A stretch of DNA of 62,614 bases, counting the filler, from Choristocarpus tenellus KU-1152 (taxonomy: Eukaryota > Protista > Phaeophyceae), in NCBI GenBank assembly GCA_964200185.2. It is 11 parts of 11 records of this genome, joined end to end, with 100 filler letters (N's around TTAATTAATTAA, not from the genome) between each part and the next. Parts side by side here need not be neighbours in the genome. Positions count along the whole stretch, not along the records: positions 33,909 to 41,736 come from CAXNAD020005526.1; positions 41,837 to 44,919 come from CAXNAD020022443.1; positions 45,020 to 50,245 come from CAXNAD020011436.1; 8 more parts are not named here. One strand, written 5' to 3'. A program made the translations under genes and the position numbers. Under the pieces are notes generated by a model, which searched no databases, had not been told where the DNA came from, and saw nothing but the letters and a program-made list of their open reading frames with translations. Positions 36,901 to 48,854 of this stretch are shown piece after piece (position 1 is the stretch's first letter; the number at the start of each line of letters is the position of its first letter).

Positions 36901-39900
36901 CCTAACTAGCTCTGTCTCAAATATTTTGAGTAAACAACTCACTGTCAGAGGCCCAAACGCTTGCATTCTCCTCTCCAGACCAGCCAATGCCACCGCCCCC
37001 AAGAAGGTATCGAATTGACCTTCAAACTCCCCCCCAGAGAGAGTGTTCATTGCCTCAGCTGTCGAGAAAATGTCAACAATTGCCATAGGCGCAAGTGTGC
37101 CCGTTGGCGCCGGAGTAGGGGACAAGGTGAAGGGCAAGATCACTGCATCAATGCCATGTACATATCCATTTGAGGCCTGCAGATCCTCCACAACAATAGA
37201 CGCATCTGCGCCCTGTGTGCCAGTTAGCTTTGTCCCATCGACAGTCATCAAAGAACCTTGCAATGTGAAGAGCTCTTCAATATCTTCTAGAGATAAGACG
37301 TTGATCGATGCTTCTACTGTGAGATACTCTACCATCCCCTCCAACTGGCCAAGCGACAAGGTTTCCAGGTCTTCTGTGCCCAGCCCTGCTGAGGAAAATG
37401 CAGAATCTGTGGGAGCAAAAACCTGACGGAAAAGGAAATGCAGGTGGTATGATCCAACACCTTAGTGATATATGCAAATTTGAATAAAAGAATAAACTGG
37501 CTTGTTAAGCACCTAACATACTCACTGGACAGTTGTGGTGAAATAAGCATGGTGCGAGCATCATTTACGACAATAAATAAGCACCAGCTTAAGAAGGCAG
37601 AAGTCTCAATTTTTCCCTCACCGTGAAAGGACCTGTTCCTGTCAAAGTGGCACCCATGCCTGACATCTCTAGAAGCGAAATGAAGGTGTCAAACAGTCCT
37701 TTGCCCTCCCCTCCGGTGTTGGATTCTGTGAGAGTGTCTACAATATCCACAAGAGCAGCTGAAGGGGCAGGAGTAAAGATGAGACTAGTGGGTGCGGGAG
37801 TGGCCTCAAGGGTAACAGGTTGAAGGAGGCCATCAATGATATGGAGGTAACCATTTGACGCTTCAATATCCGAATCACCAATGGTAGTTGTTGAACCAAG
37901 TGCATCAGTGAGCTTTGTCCCAGATACTTCCACACTGCCACCAGAGAGCATAAACATCTCATCCAATCCCTCAACAGATTCGAGATTCAGCTCTCCAGAC
38001 ACAATGTGATAAAGCAAAAGATTCTCCAAAGTAGATGGCGGCAAAGCTGCGAGGTCAAGTCCAGTTACGCCCGCAAAGCCAAAGGCAGCATCTGTTGGTG
38101 CAAAGACCTATTAGGAGTTTTGACATGGTGAGTACGAAGGAAAGGGAAATATTTAAGTTGATGTGTACATGGTGTACACTCACCGAATCTTGAAAAAGGC
38201 AAGTATAACCATGACGTTCACTGCAGGTAGTCTATCTCCAAGTTTCTGTCTTGACAAACAAAAAGTCATCATGAAGGGCTATATGAAGCACACGACATTG
38301 TAGCAATTAGGTTACTTCCAATTGAGACACTGAGGAGTGTTGAACAGTATGGTGTAGGCAAAGTACAGCATATGTCATCCCTACGCCCAAACGCGAACTT
38401 GTACCAGAACAACACATAGTGAAACACAGTATTACATTACTCCATGAAACCCACAAGGAAGTTCAACGTAAGGTCATACAACAAAAAAAATGGGTAGGGT
38501 TGGGGTATGCATTTTCGGATAGGAGAAAGTGACCTAGTTCCAAGTGCCTTGTCAATACCTTCGGTGATAATATTTTCAAGAGTAATCAAGCATCGGGTTC
38601 AGTGGCATGTGAAGTGGAACCCAGGAATAAGTGGCTAATGTGCATGTTTTCTGTCAAGAGATGACTGCACCCCGTCACAATATATGTACCATGTTGAGAG
38701 GAACAGAGCACAAGGACTGGGTGCTTTGAAATATGTAATCCACAAACCTGCCTAACGATGAGTGTCTTGTACTACAGTTAGTGAGCCACAAAGGCCTAGA
38801 CAACTTTTTGTGCTTGCAGAGAATTGGATTATACTGCAAAGAGAAATTTAGTACAGCATATACCCATACCACAGGAAAGATATGTATCAGCAATTTCATG
38901 TAAGAACAGCAGTCTATCTCTTGAATAAGAAAAACAACAATATATGCTACGATGTGTCACGCGGTTCCACATTCTACCGTCGAAAAGCCTAGTTCACACA
39001 TTCAAACATAGCAATTAACCAGGCTACATCTAGTGTTCAGTGTGTGTGTTTCTCTGTATAAGAAGATGACTTGTTCTCACCGTAAACGGGCCCCCTCCAT
39101 CCAGCTTCTCATCTAGAGAAACCTCTGATAGTGCCGCAATGAAGAGGTCAAAGTCGCCCTTGTGATCTCCAGTGTTTTCAGATAACAATGTTGCGAACAG
39201 ATCAACTAGTGAAGATGCTGGCACTGGTGTGGATGGTGTAACCGGAGCCTCTGTCGCTACAGGGGCCGGTGTGTCCGAGGTTATCGGGGATGGGGTAGGT
39301 TCTGCCTCCGGAGATGGAGTGGGCACTGGGGCAGGGGTCTCCTCCAAGGGAGCTGGGGTTGGTGAGGACTCGACTGGGGTCGGCGTAGGTTCGATTTCTG
39401 GGGAACGACATCGCCGGGGAACAAGAGGTGAAAGAAAAGAGGTACCGGGGAGACGTGAAGGGGGGGTGATGTGAAGAGAGAGATGGCGTTTGGACATCAT
39501 CACGTCGACATGGACATTAGATATGGGGGATGGGGGAGTGATACTTCAAATAATAACTTACGCATTCGTGTGCCTCGTTATCCAGCATTGTTGGATTGAG
39601 TTGTTGGATGAGAAGATAGAGGTGGTACAGAGAGACCTATGCGAGGAAGTCAATGCAACTATCTTGAGGATGGACACACTATTGAATTTCGCCTCTGAGG
39701 TAGAAACATCGAGGGCAGGGGGGGAATGCAAGTTGATAGATTGATCTCTAGGGCATCGTCGTGTTCCAAGGAAGGCCGGTGGAACAATGAGAGCAACAGG
39801 GTGTATAAACAGGACAGGAGTTCCAGAAACTATTAATCGAAATATATTCCTCCATAAAATCGTGCCAAGGTACGAGGCCTTCTAGGGATAAAGTATCGCT

Positions 39901-40069
39901 TGATACCTTCAGGTTCTGGGGTCGGAGAAATGGTTGGGGCTGTGACTTCAGCGCTGTCAAACGATGCTGGTGCAGGGGTTTCCATTGAGGCTGAACCTCT
40001 ACATTCGGGCACATTCGAGGTCACGATCGCCAGCACCCCGACTGTCAATCGTCCTATTCTTCCAACCAT
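33909..40069 (-). CDS. Secreted multi-fasciclin (FAS1) protein with Pro/Thr-rich linkers, 3'-partial
   Basis: Exons 40069-39907, 39397-39081, 38107-37622, 37422-36943, 36544-36056, 35470-35045, 34670-34590 and 34111-33909. Repeated GPxT|VFAPTDxAF, LLYHIV and ASNGYxHxIDxVL motifs give 5 FAS1 domains. The N-terminus is hydrophobic. Confidence 0.92.
34180..34439 (+). mobile_element. MITE family A copy in fasciclin intron
   Basis: CAGTCAAAGTATCTTAGAGGGT ... ACCCTCTAAGATACTTTCATTC; flanks tttt/tatt. Confidence 0.88.
35706..35942 (-). mobile_element. MITE family A copy in fasciclin intron
   Basis: GAGTGAAAGTATCTTAGAGGGT ... ACCCTCTAAGTTAGTTTCACTC; flanks taaa/aaaa. Confidence 0.88.
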
Positions 40070-41696
40070 GGTCCTCCAACGAGCATGGCAAGGATCCCGC
40101 GATAGAACCTTCCCTTTCATAGACCCTCGCCGAGGTTTCCTGTGATTCAATCAAGGCTCTCCTTAGAGACAAGATGAACCAAAGTCACCACAGGGATATC
40201 ATGTGATACAATATATAGTTCCTGCAGACCAACTCTGTTTATAGAGTTGTTGCGCTGCAGGGTTCGAAAACACCATGTGAGAATTGTTTGTAAGCTCTTG
40301 CTGCAAATAATTTTCTTGTGAAAGCATGCAGTATAAATGTTGAGAAATTATAGAATCTATATGTAGACATCGACAGAGAGTCAGAATGCCATATTCGTTG
40401 TGTTGACGATAAATCGGGAGAAAGATTGAAAAGAAGGAGTAAATGTGGAGTACAAATGTTATTTTTTCATAAGGAAATACAAACTTTAGATTTTGTTGCA
40501 ACTTTCTATACTTCATTCACTATCGTAATTGTTATACAAATATTTTCACTATTTTCATTGTCCGAAGAAGATGGTCAACAACTTTAGGAAACAAAATACA
40601 CAACCAACCAGAAAATACAAATACTACATTTACATACAAAAAATACATAGTCGTATATATCGATCGGTTAGATGAGTCAATAAATGTAGTGATATCTTTC
40701 CACACTATAGTGTTCGAAATGGTCACCGTTCGGTTCCTCGAAAAGTGTAGACCATGTTGGACATTTCGTTGTCAGTAATAAACATAATTTGAGCGCAAAG
40801 CAAAATGGAGAGGGCTTGCATACGGGATTTGATACTCACCCATAACCGATTATTGATGTTGTGTTGCACTAGATTTGCAGCTGATTGAATGTGTTGCAAT
40901 TCCTCAGATTGTTTTACGATGTCATGACAGACTCCTGAAGTCGACAGGTGTGTGTTTTGGAACTGAAATAGTGGAGAACCGTCCCTGGAGTGGAGTGCTC
41001 AGATCCCCGTTCACATGTGGGGTGGTGTTTCATCAGAATTTGGACCGTTCTCGGGTTGTTGTGGACGTATTTAAGTGTTGTGTGGATCGAAACCAAGGTC
41101 TGGTGGTAGGGAAGCATTGTTCCCAAGCGAACTGTGATCGGTGCACTATGACAGTATTGATCTTTCTTCAGCGTCCTCTCACCTCCGGATTCAGGTTATA
41201 ATGTGGGTTTCATAATGAATTTGCACCGTTGTTGGGCTGTGATGCACGACTTGGAGTGGTGCATAGCTCGAAACGAAGCTCTGGTAAAGGGTAGGTATTG
41301 TGATAAAGCGAACTTGGATCTGTTGGTAGCGAAAGTATTGAGTATTCTTCGACCTTCCCCTCCCCTCCCAGTCCAACTTTTTGGTGGTTCTTCGTATTGA
41401 TTTGCATCCTTACCTGGATGTAGAGCACAGAATTGAGTGGTGTGTGGATCAAATTGGAGGTATCGAATAGTTAAAGCCTGCACAATGTGAACTGTACACT
41501 GTGCCAATAGAGAGTTGTTTTCGGTCTGAGGAAGTAGCATCTAGGTAGGCTGTTTACATGGTGTATATTTAGGAGTGTGTTGATGCCGTTCGGTCCCTGA
41601 AAGTGCTATGTTGATTGACTGTCCAGAATGTGTTTACACGATAAGAACGCCTAGACGGCAGCATTTTTCATATTTTACTCAATGAAAATGTGTTCA

Positions 41697-41736
41697 GGCT
41701 CAAAGTATCTGGGAGGGGGTGGCGGCTGTCCATTTG
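41697..41736 (+). mobile_element. MITE family B terminus at contig end
   Basis: GGCTCAAAGTATCTGGGAGGGGGTGGCGGCTGTCCATTTG. Confidence 0.85.
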
Positions 41737-42564
41737 NNNNNNNNNNNNNNNNNNNNNNNNNNNNNNNNNNNNNNNNNNNNTTAATTAATTAANNNNNNNN
41801 NNNNNNNNNNNNNNNNNNNNNNNNNNNNNNNNNNNNGAGAGCCAGTAACAGATATATTATATGTACTGACTAATAGTATTGATTGGTTTTAGATCATGTT
41901 CAAGATACACTTCCTATACTTAAGATAAGTAAATAAGTAATTCATAGTAAATTAGTTTGGACGGTTACAAACCCCACACTGTAGAATAATAATATGGTAG
42001 TCAAGGCTAGAGTATCACCCACGAGGTCAGTCAGTGGAATCGAGACCACTAGCCCCTTGTAATACTAACATTGTTCATCTACATCAAGCTGTTCTTTGTC
42101 CTTCATTAAAGCGCCATAAAGGCCGCGGGTCCAGTGTGGGATAGTTCAAGAGGAACCATTCCGCATGTGGAGGTAAACCCTGCACCAGACCGCAATTGGT
42201 CCACTCTGGTGGTTCAATCGTGGTTGGAAAATGGAAGATTTCATGGAGGCCTGCGTGATGGAACTCCTCCAATCAGCCACGAAATCGACATCTTTGCAAT
42301 ACCGTGTGAAAATAAAGATCCTCAGGCAGGTCATATACGACCAAGGGTTTAGGCAGATGAAGGCTGGCAAAGCGGTGAAGAACATTGTCCAGGGCGACCA
42401 CTGTTACGTACATGAGGAACTCCTAAATACTCTGAGTGGTGACGGAGGAAAATCAAAGGGACGCCGAGTGTGGAGGATGTTGAAGCCCTCCATGAAAAGA
42501 AGGCCATACTCCTTAGCCTGGTAAAGTCAGAACTGTGGAATCAGAGGTATTCAACAGCAATTAA

Positions 42565-42826
42565 GAGTCAAAGTATCTTAGAGGGTAGAGTTGCGTCCAT
42601 TTGGGGGTCAAAATCCAATGTTGCGATTTTGATGTAATTGTGACTATCGTGTTAATTAGGAAGTGTCAATATCCATTTTCCGGGACTCACCTTTTCATAA
42701 CCTACATATTTTATCTATTTCTAAACATTTTGGAGTAGGTAAAAATATCATAAAAAGAAACATGGGAAGCCAAGCTCCAAATGGACAAAAAGGGAAAAAC
42801 TCGTACCCTCCAATATACTTTCGCTC
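42565..42826 (+). mobile_element. MITE family A copy
   Basis: GAGTCAAAGTATCTTAGAGGGT ... ACCCTCCAATATACTTTCGCTC. The flanks do not match (ttaa/aaac). Confidence 0.88.
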
Positions 42827-43555
42827 AAACCTATGGCACCGACTAACCGAGGCTTAACCTAAACTCGTTGTCTGGTGGGAGAAGGACGAGGAGTGCCAAT
42901 TCCAACATGCCCATCAGTTAGAATAGAGCTTTCTTCGTTTCTGATTGAACTTGGAGTACGGGTCGTGCTACGTTTGTTGGATTCGGGTTTAACTGTACCT
43001 TGGATGGTCTCCGAATTCCATGTTTGTGCAGTTTAGCTCAGAAGGGTTAAGTCTTTTCACAGTGGTATCGGATCAATGCGGACCACCCAGAGGTGTAAGT
43101 ACATGATATATAATACTTGAGGAGATGGTTCTGCTGATCTGACTAAAATAAAGTGTGTCCAACCCAAGGTTCAGACTGACAAAATATAAGATTTTGTAAC
43201 CAACTCTCTTTTTATTGTTTTCGGTGAAATTTCCAAGCAAATCGCCATGGCCTACATTCGACATCTTTTCCTTCTTGACTGTTTATTCTTCTCCATTTCG
43301 TAACTAACACTGCTCATATTCTCCTTATTAGATTTGCCATGTCAACACCATACTTATCTTTTTTAACTCTGTTTCTCCAAACCAACTCTCCGCACAAAAC
43401 TGCCAAGAAAAGGTGCCCCTGGAGTAAACCCGTGGCTTCCTCGTATCCCTGACTGCTTACAAAATTATGGCTTTGGTTCCATAATCATGTTCACTTTCCT
43501 ACCTCGAAATGGTCGGAAAGCAATCGCATCACCTACACACACGAACCTTGCAAGC

Positions 43556-43880
43556 CTAACCCTACAGAGTTACGTCAACATTTGTTGACATCAAAACCGC
43601 TCTTTACTATAATTTGCAGAGGGATCGATCCTAACCCTAACTGCGATGCATGGCATAGGGTCTAACCATCACCGCATAATTCCTTCTTTTTGGTACCTAA
43701 CCCTAACACAAACTTGAACCCTGCCTTAACCGTTCTTTCTTGTACATAGGCCAAGCCGTTGTGTTCAAGCGTTTTCCTAACCCAACCAGTCATCGTGGTG
43801 AAATCGAAACACTAAAGTAACCCTAAAAAAGTGTATTTTTACATTATTCATCTGAACACAAGGACAACAGACCCTAACTA
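43556..43880 (+). repeat. Cluster of dispersed CCTAACCCTAA telomere-like motifs
   Basis: Motifs near 43556, 43630, 43696, 43776, 43818 and 43871. Confidence 0.55.
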
Positions 43881-43909
43881 CCAACCCTGTTTGAACACAT
43901 TACCAATCC

Positions 43910-43998
43910 GACACATGCAACCAAATCACCAAAAAATCGCCATATTGAAAAAAAGGCCCCCAAATGGACACCTGCCCCCCCCCCAGATACTCTGACCC
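43910..43998 (-). mobile_element. MITE family B partial copy
   Basis: Matches the reverse complement of 44740-44830 and ends CCCCAGATACTCTGACCC. Confidence 0.7.
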
Positions 43999-44384
43999 CA
44001 AGTGACCAAAAAACTATCTACTCCTATCATTTCCTGTCTTTTAGCTGCCGAAGAGGATCTACATGCCAATGTTTTTTAGCAAGTCCTCGTGTGGCGACTT
44101 CTCTGTACAAATTATACTGGAAAAAAGACCTGCGGTTGCCAAATGAGTTATTCAATGCCTCGTATCTAGTTGTTAGTGATATTCTTGCGCAAGTATGAGT
44201 GAAAAAATGTCCTTGGGGCAACTGGACTGATGACACGATCTACATACACATAGTATATATAAGATGTACCCTAACCCCAGAGAACCCGTTTCATAACTAC
44301 CAAAAACCTATGGGCCAATGATTTCTGTGCAATCCTCGTGTATAAATGTCCTCAAGCACATTAGGCAGGGTGACACAACCTAGA

Positions 44385-44540
44385 GACTCTAAGTATCTGG
44401 GGGGGGGAAATGCTCCTGGGTGTCCATTCGGACCCTGACCAGGAGAAGTGAACATACATTATCCATCCAACCAATGCAACCAAATCGGCAATAAATCGTG
44501 ACATGAAAAAATGGGTCCCAAAGGGACAGCCGCCATCCCT
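44385..44540 (-). mobile_element. MITE family B copy (one end eroded)
   Basis: GACTCTAAGTATCTGGGGGGGG...GGACAGCCGCCATCCC. Confidence 0.75.
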
Positions 44541-44739
44541 TTCTCTTCATGCCTTTGCCTGCCACTCGTTTCTTTAACCTACCACTCACTCCTTAACTCT
44601 TCGTTCCTTCCTTGTTAATTCTTATTTCTTTCCTGTCCCCTTCCTTGTCCCGTGCCCCCAACCAACCAGAATTCTTCCGCCCACAAAACTCAGATTACCT
44701 CGTAAACTTTTCCATAGGGTTTGGCCATTTTACATCTTA

Positions 44740-44919
44740 GGCTCAAAGTAGCTGGGGGGGGGGATGGCGGCTGTCCACTTGGGGTCAATTTTTTCATGTC
44801 GCGATTTTGGGTTATTTGGTTGCATATGTCGAATGGATAATGTAAATGCACTTTTCCTGATTTTGGCCCAAATGGACAACCTGGTGTAGACCCCCCCCTC
44901 CCCCCCCAGATACTTTGGG
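44740..44919 (+). mobile_element. MITE family B, near-complete 180-bp copy
   Basis: GGCTCAAAGTAGCT-Gn-GGCGGCTGTCCACTTGGGG ... GGCCCAAATGGACA..Cn-AGATACTTTGGG. Other family-B ends are at 45027-45060, 50346-50365 and 62543-62575. Confidence 0.88.
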
Positions 44920-45165
44920 NNNNNNNNNNNNNNNNNNNNNNNNNNNNNNNNNNNNNNNNNNNNTTAATTAATTAANNNNNNNNNNNNNNNNNNNNNNNNN
45001 NNNNNNNNNNNNNNNNNNNGTGGAAACCCCCCCCCCCCCCCCCCCCAGATACTTTGAGTCAACTAAAAATAATAGACAAATAAAACGAAATCAAATATAG
45101 CATCGAAATTACGTCCAATATAGAAGCGGGAAAAAAATGTTGACCACAAGCGATGCAACGCATAT

Positions 45166-45415
45166 GAGTCAAATTATATCTTAGAGGGTAGAACCGCGTC
45201 CATTTGGGGATCAAAATCCAATGTTGCAACTTGAGGTAATTTTGGCTATGATGTTTGTTAGGAGATGTCAATATCCTTGTTCCGGACACTCCTTTTCATA
45301 ACGTATACATTTTACCTACTCCGAAATATTCTGGAGTAGGTAAAATGTAAATAAAAACCGTGGGAAGCCAAGCCCCAAATGGACAAACAAGGAAAAACTC
45401 GTGCCCTCTACACTC
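45166..45415 (+). mobile_element. MITE family A copy with ATAT target-site duplication
   Basis: atat|GAGTCAAA...CACTC|atat. Confidence 0.9.
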
Positions 45416-45599
45416 ATATATATTACTTTGTTTTCTGATGTATACAGCTTGTTTTGGTTCCAACTTCTGTGAACCTCAATTCATATAGTGACTATGTCTA
45501 TCGATACCCTGTTCTCTTGTTCTGGCATGCAGCAACTAATCCTCACCTTGTCTTTCGGGCATAAACTTGTTACCTGCTGGGAGATCTTTCGGAGAAGCC

Positions 45600-45780
45600 A
45601 CTCATTTCTCTTCTATTGAACCCCTCCCAATCTCCATCCTTAAACCGCACCCTTCAGTAGGGTGACTTGAAGTCAAAAACTGGACCTGTGCACCACCTGT
45701 CTCTTCCTCTTTCGTCCTTCCACGACTTTTTTACACTGGTACCTATAGGAAAGAGACATAACACATCCTCTAGGGGAAAT
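45600..45780 (-). pseudogene. Tudor-like domain remnant, probably part of the adjacent retroelement
   Basis: LFPIGTSVKKSW...CTGPVFDFKSPY*RVRFKDGDWEGFNRREM fits the pattern GxVxxF..YWxVxF/YxDGDxE. A TGA sits at the expected Trp. Confidence 0.55.
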
Positions 45781-45949
45781 AGTCGTTATTAAGCAAGAAA
45801 ATTATTTTGGCGTGGTGTTGTGTTGAAATTGTTAAGGTCCCAGAAGGCATGACAAGCATCCAACTGTGTAGTGAGGAAAAGATGTCCATCGCTTCTGTTT
45901 TTGTTATCCAGTCTGACAACTATTAATTTTAGAACTTTACTTTGTACTA

Positions 45950-46900
45950 CAATGTCATTCACTAAGGGCTGACAAGGGTACACTGCTGCTGCAGGATCTG
46001 AGTGTTGGAACTCCGACAAAAGGTACCCACGGTGACTGTGGGGATGGTCGAAAGCCTTCACATTCTCTAAATGACAGTACTCTCTGGTGTTGTCTATAAA
46101 ATGCTGCTCCTAAAATAAACTTGTAAGGCAGCCCCACCACTACCCTCCTAAATGTCACATTTCGCACTTTATCTTCTGGGGAAAATGCTATTGGAAGTTT
46201 GCATGACCCCAATACCTGCATTGGTGGAATATTGCACCCCTCTGGGGTTTGCTGCTTGTAAGGTACCTTTGCCTGATATGTTGAGATATGATAAGCCGTT
46301 GCCACCCCTCCAAAGAGAAGTGCTGCGCCAAAAAGAAGCTGGGACGTATTTTCTCCCTCCTGCACCTGTGTCAAGGATTACCTGGACAGGCATTCTCGAG
46401 CGAACTTTGAATAGATACATAGCAGGGCAGATGTCCATACTTGACTTGTACGATGGGCAGGTTTCATGGCGAATATTGTTGAGCTGGGAATGGGAGTCTT
46501 ACTGTCTATAGTTGGAATTGACAGGGTTCCCTGGAGTCTCAGATTGCAGGGCGCAGCTTCAAGATAACCCTGATGCTTCCTGATCGATTGGGCTTCTCTC
46601 AAATAGTGGAGGGAATGTTGCATCGCTACTAGGTATTGTAGACATGTGTCTGTTAAGGCTACCATCGTGCACGACTCTTCGGTAGATTTAGCATCTGGTG
46701 ATTCCTGATAGGGTCTCAAGAGGTATAAGATGCATCCTTTAGGAACTGCTGAGTCGTCGTGTGCATACCTGCACTTGCCGCTTATGGACCTGAAGCAGTC
46801 TCGACCATAGGCATAATGAAAGCAAACCAGGTGTGCCTTTAGCCATGTAACGACTTCGTCCGGGGAGGCAGACGATATAGGCAAGTCCTTAACTGAATGG
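45950..46900 (-). mobile_element. Ty3/gypsy-like gag-aspartic protease remnant
   Basis: VQVILDTGAG (retropepsin DTG) and VVGLPYKFILGAAF lie in shifted frames. Upstream is a Cys/His motif CFHYAYGRDC..C RYAH. Decayed coding-like sequence may continue to ~48400. Confidence 0.65.
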
Positions 46901-48854
46901 TGCCGACTTGTACCGCTCGCCTTATCTGTGGCTAATTAAGGTGAGTTGAGAAACACAGGTTGGGCGATGGGTGTGACTGGTCAAACGGGTTTTGATGCGT
47001 TGCTTTTTGGAATGAACGAGGTTCCATGTTTCCCAGGAACAGAGGCAGGTTGGTTGTTTAAATCGGCGCAAATAGTGGGTGAGGAGTTCTGGGCTAAAAC
47101 AGGCTGAAGCATTGGCGCGACGGCTGGGAGTACACTGTTGACAACGTCTTAATGTGGCAGTGGAACTTGGCTTGTTCCCTGTTCTTGCATGGACGTCCTG
47201 TTCTGGCGAAGTAGTCCAGTTTCTACCTGCCATCCAGGGTTTTGGCTAAGACGGCCGAAGTGTGTGACATGCTAGCAAACATAGCATGGGTATCGGCCAT
47301 GCTACCCAGGTCAGTGTGAGTTTATCCTTAACCGACATAGGTTTTGTAACATTTGACTTACCTGAGACGAACGTGTATTGGTCGTTTAGATTTATAATTC
47401 CTCCATTACATCATCAAAGATCCGTTCTACTTTGATTTCGAGTTTCACAATTTCTTTCCCCAAAGGATTATTCTGCGAAATTGCTAGTGGGCGAATTTGG
47501 ATTCTAATTTCTTTGTGGAAAGAAAATGCCATACTCTGAATTTGTATTAGGGAGGAGAATTGGGAGGACTCGTTCACACAAATCAATGAGTTTATCTTCA
47601 CCCATGTTATCTCCCAAAAACAAGAGCTTCACATGTATGAGGCATTGGCGAGTCCACGATATACCCTCGATAGGGAAAAACCAGGTCACTGGCCGCAGCC
47701 TTCCACGACTCTCCTCTCTCTGTCTTCAAACAACTAATGACAACCTTTACTGCGTTTTTCGACTGGTCATATGAAAGGGTGCAATTGTTTCGCCAAAAAA
47801 TCGGGAATGTTGGTGTATGGATGGCGAGAAATAGCTACCTAGGCATCGTCTATACCATGGAGATCTAAGACCACCCGTTTATAATCCAAGGTGTATAGTA
47901 CTTCCATTTTAGCCAGAGGTGCCACCACACCAACGCGTTCCTTCAAGTTGGAAGGGGTAAGAGGTGAGAGCGCTCCACGACCATCCAAGGAGACGACTAA
48001 ACCATGCAGAAGAAAGTCCAGCCCGTGTAGTAGGGAGGTACCAAGAATCCTAAGTGCTGAGGTGAATATTGAGTATTCTCTCCAGTTTGAAGAGACAAGG
48101 TAGGACCTCCATATTACACCACGCTTAAGAGCTTACCTACACAAGTTGGCGCGACCAATGGATTCAGTAGAGGGGGGGGCAGATGATGAAATTATGCAGG
48201 AGGATTATGAGGTGGAACTGATGATGGGAATTGGCAACAATGATGACGTCGAAGCTGACGAATCTGAGGTTGAAATTTGTTAGTGATTATCAAAAGACAA
48301 CCCAGCAACAATTGAAGTACTCGAAATACACTCACAATAGTCCAAGCATGAATTTTCTTAATATGTTCTGCACAGCCAACCAAAACGATTTGAGCCACTA
48401 AGAAATAAATCCTAAGAGTCCTGTGTATATCAGCATTCCAGTGACATCCTTTTTACAACACGGACAGGAAACAATCGTGTAAATATGAAAACGAAAACAC
48501 GCTCCAAAACGGAACTAGTCCCCTTACACAGATATTGCACCATATATAGGACGTTGTAATGTGGACCAAAGGTGTTACAATAGCTTGATCGATGCGTTAG
48601 GACGTCAGGTTTCATTCCATACGTATTTCAAGGGATGAACAGACCTGATGCAGATTTTACAGCAGTTTGAATGCCCCTAGTCCACTTCGTGGGAACTAGT
48701 GTACCTTCTCCAAATTTGGTCTAAAACGGAACGTATGTTCGGTTTCAGGTGGAGTTAGAATCTTATACCAACTACATTAGATCCGATTTTCCTTACCCTA
48801 ACTCAAATATTCAAGAAGAAACAAAAAAATCTCTATTACTTCTTCTGTCGATAA

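Noticed and set aside
40875-41600. Possible LINE or Penelope C-terminal remnant on the minus strand
   Set aside because: There is only a vague Cys/His pattern and no RT or GIY-YIG motif.
42231-42524. 97-aa basic ORF
   Set aside because: No splice context or family motif; probably a repeat fragment.
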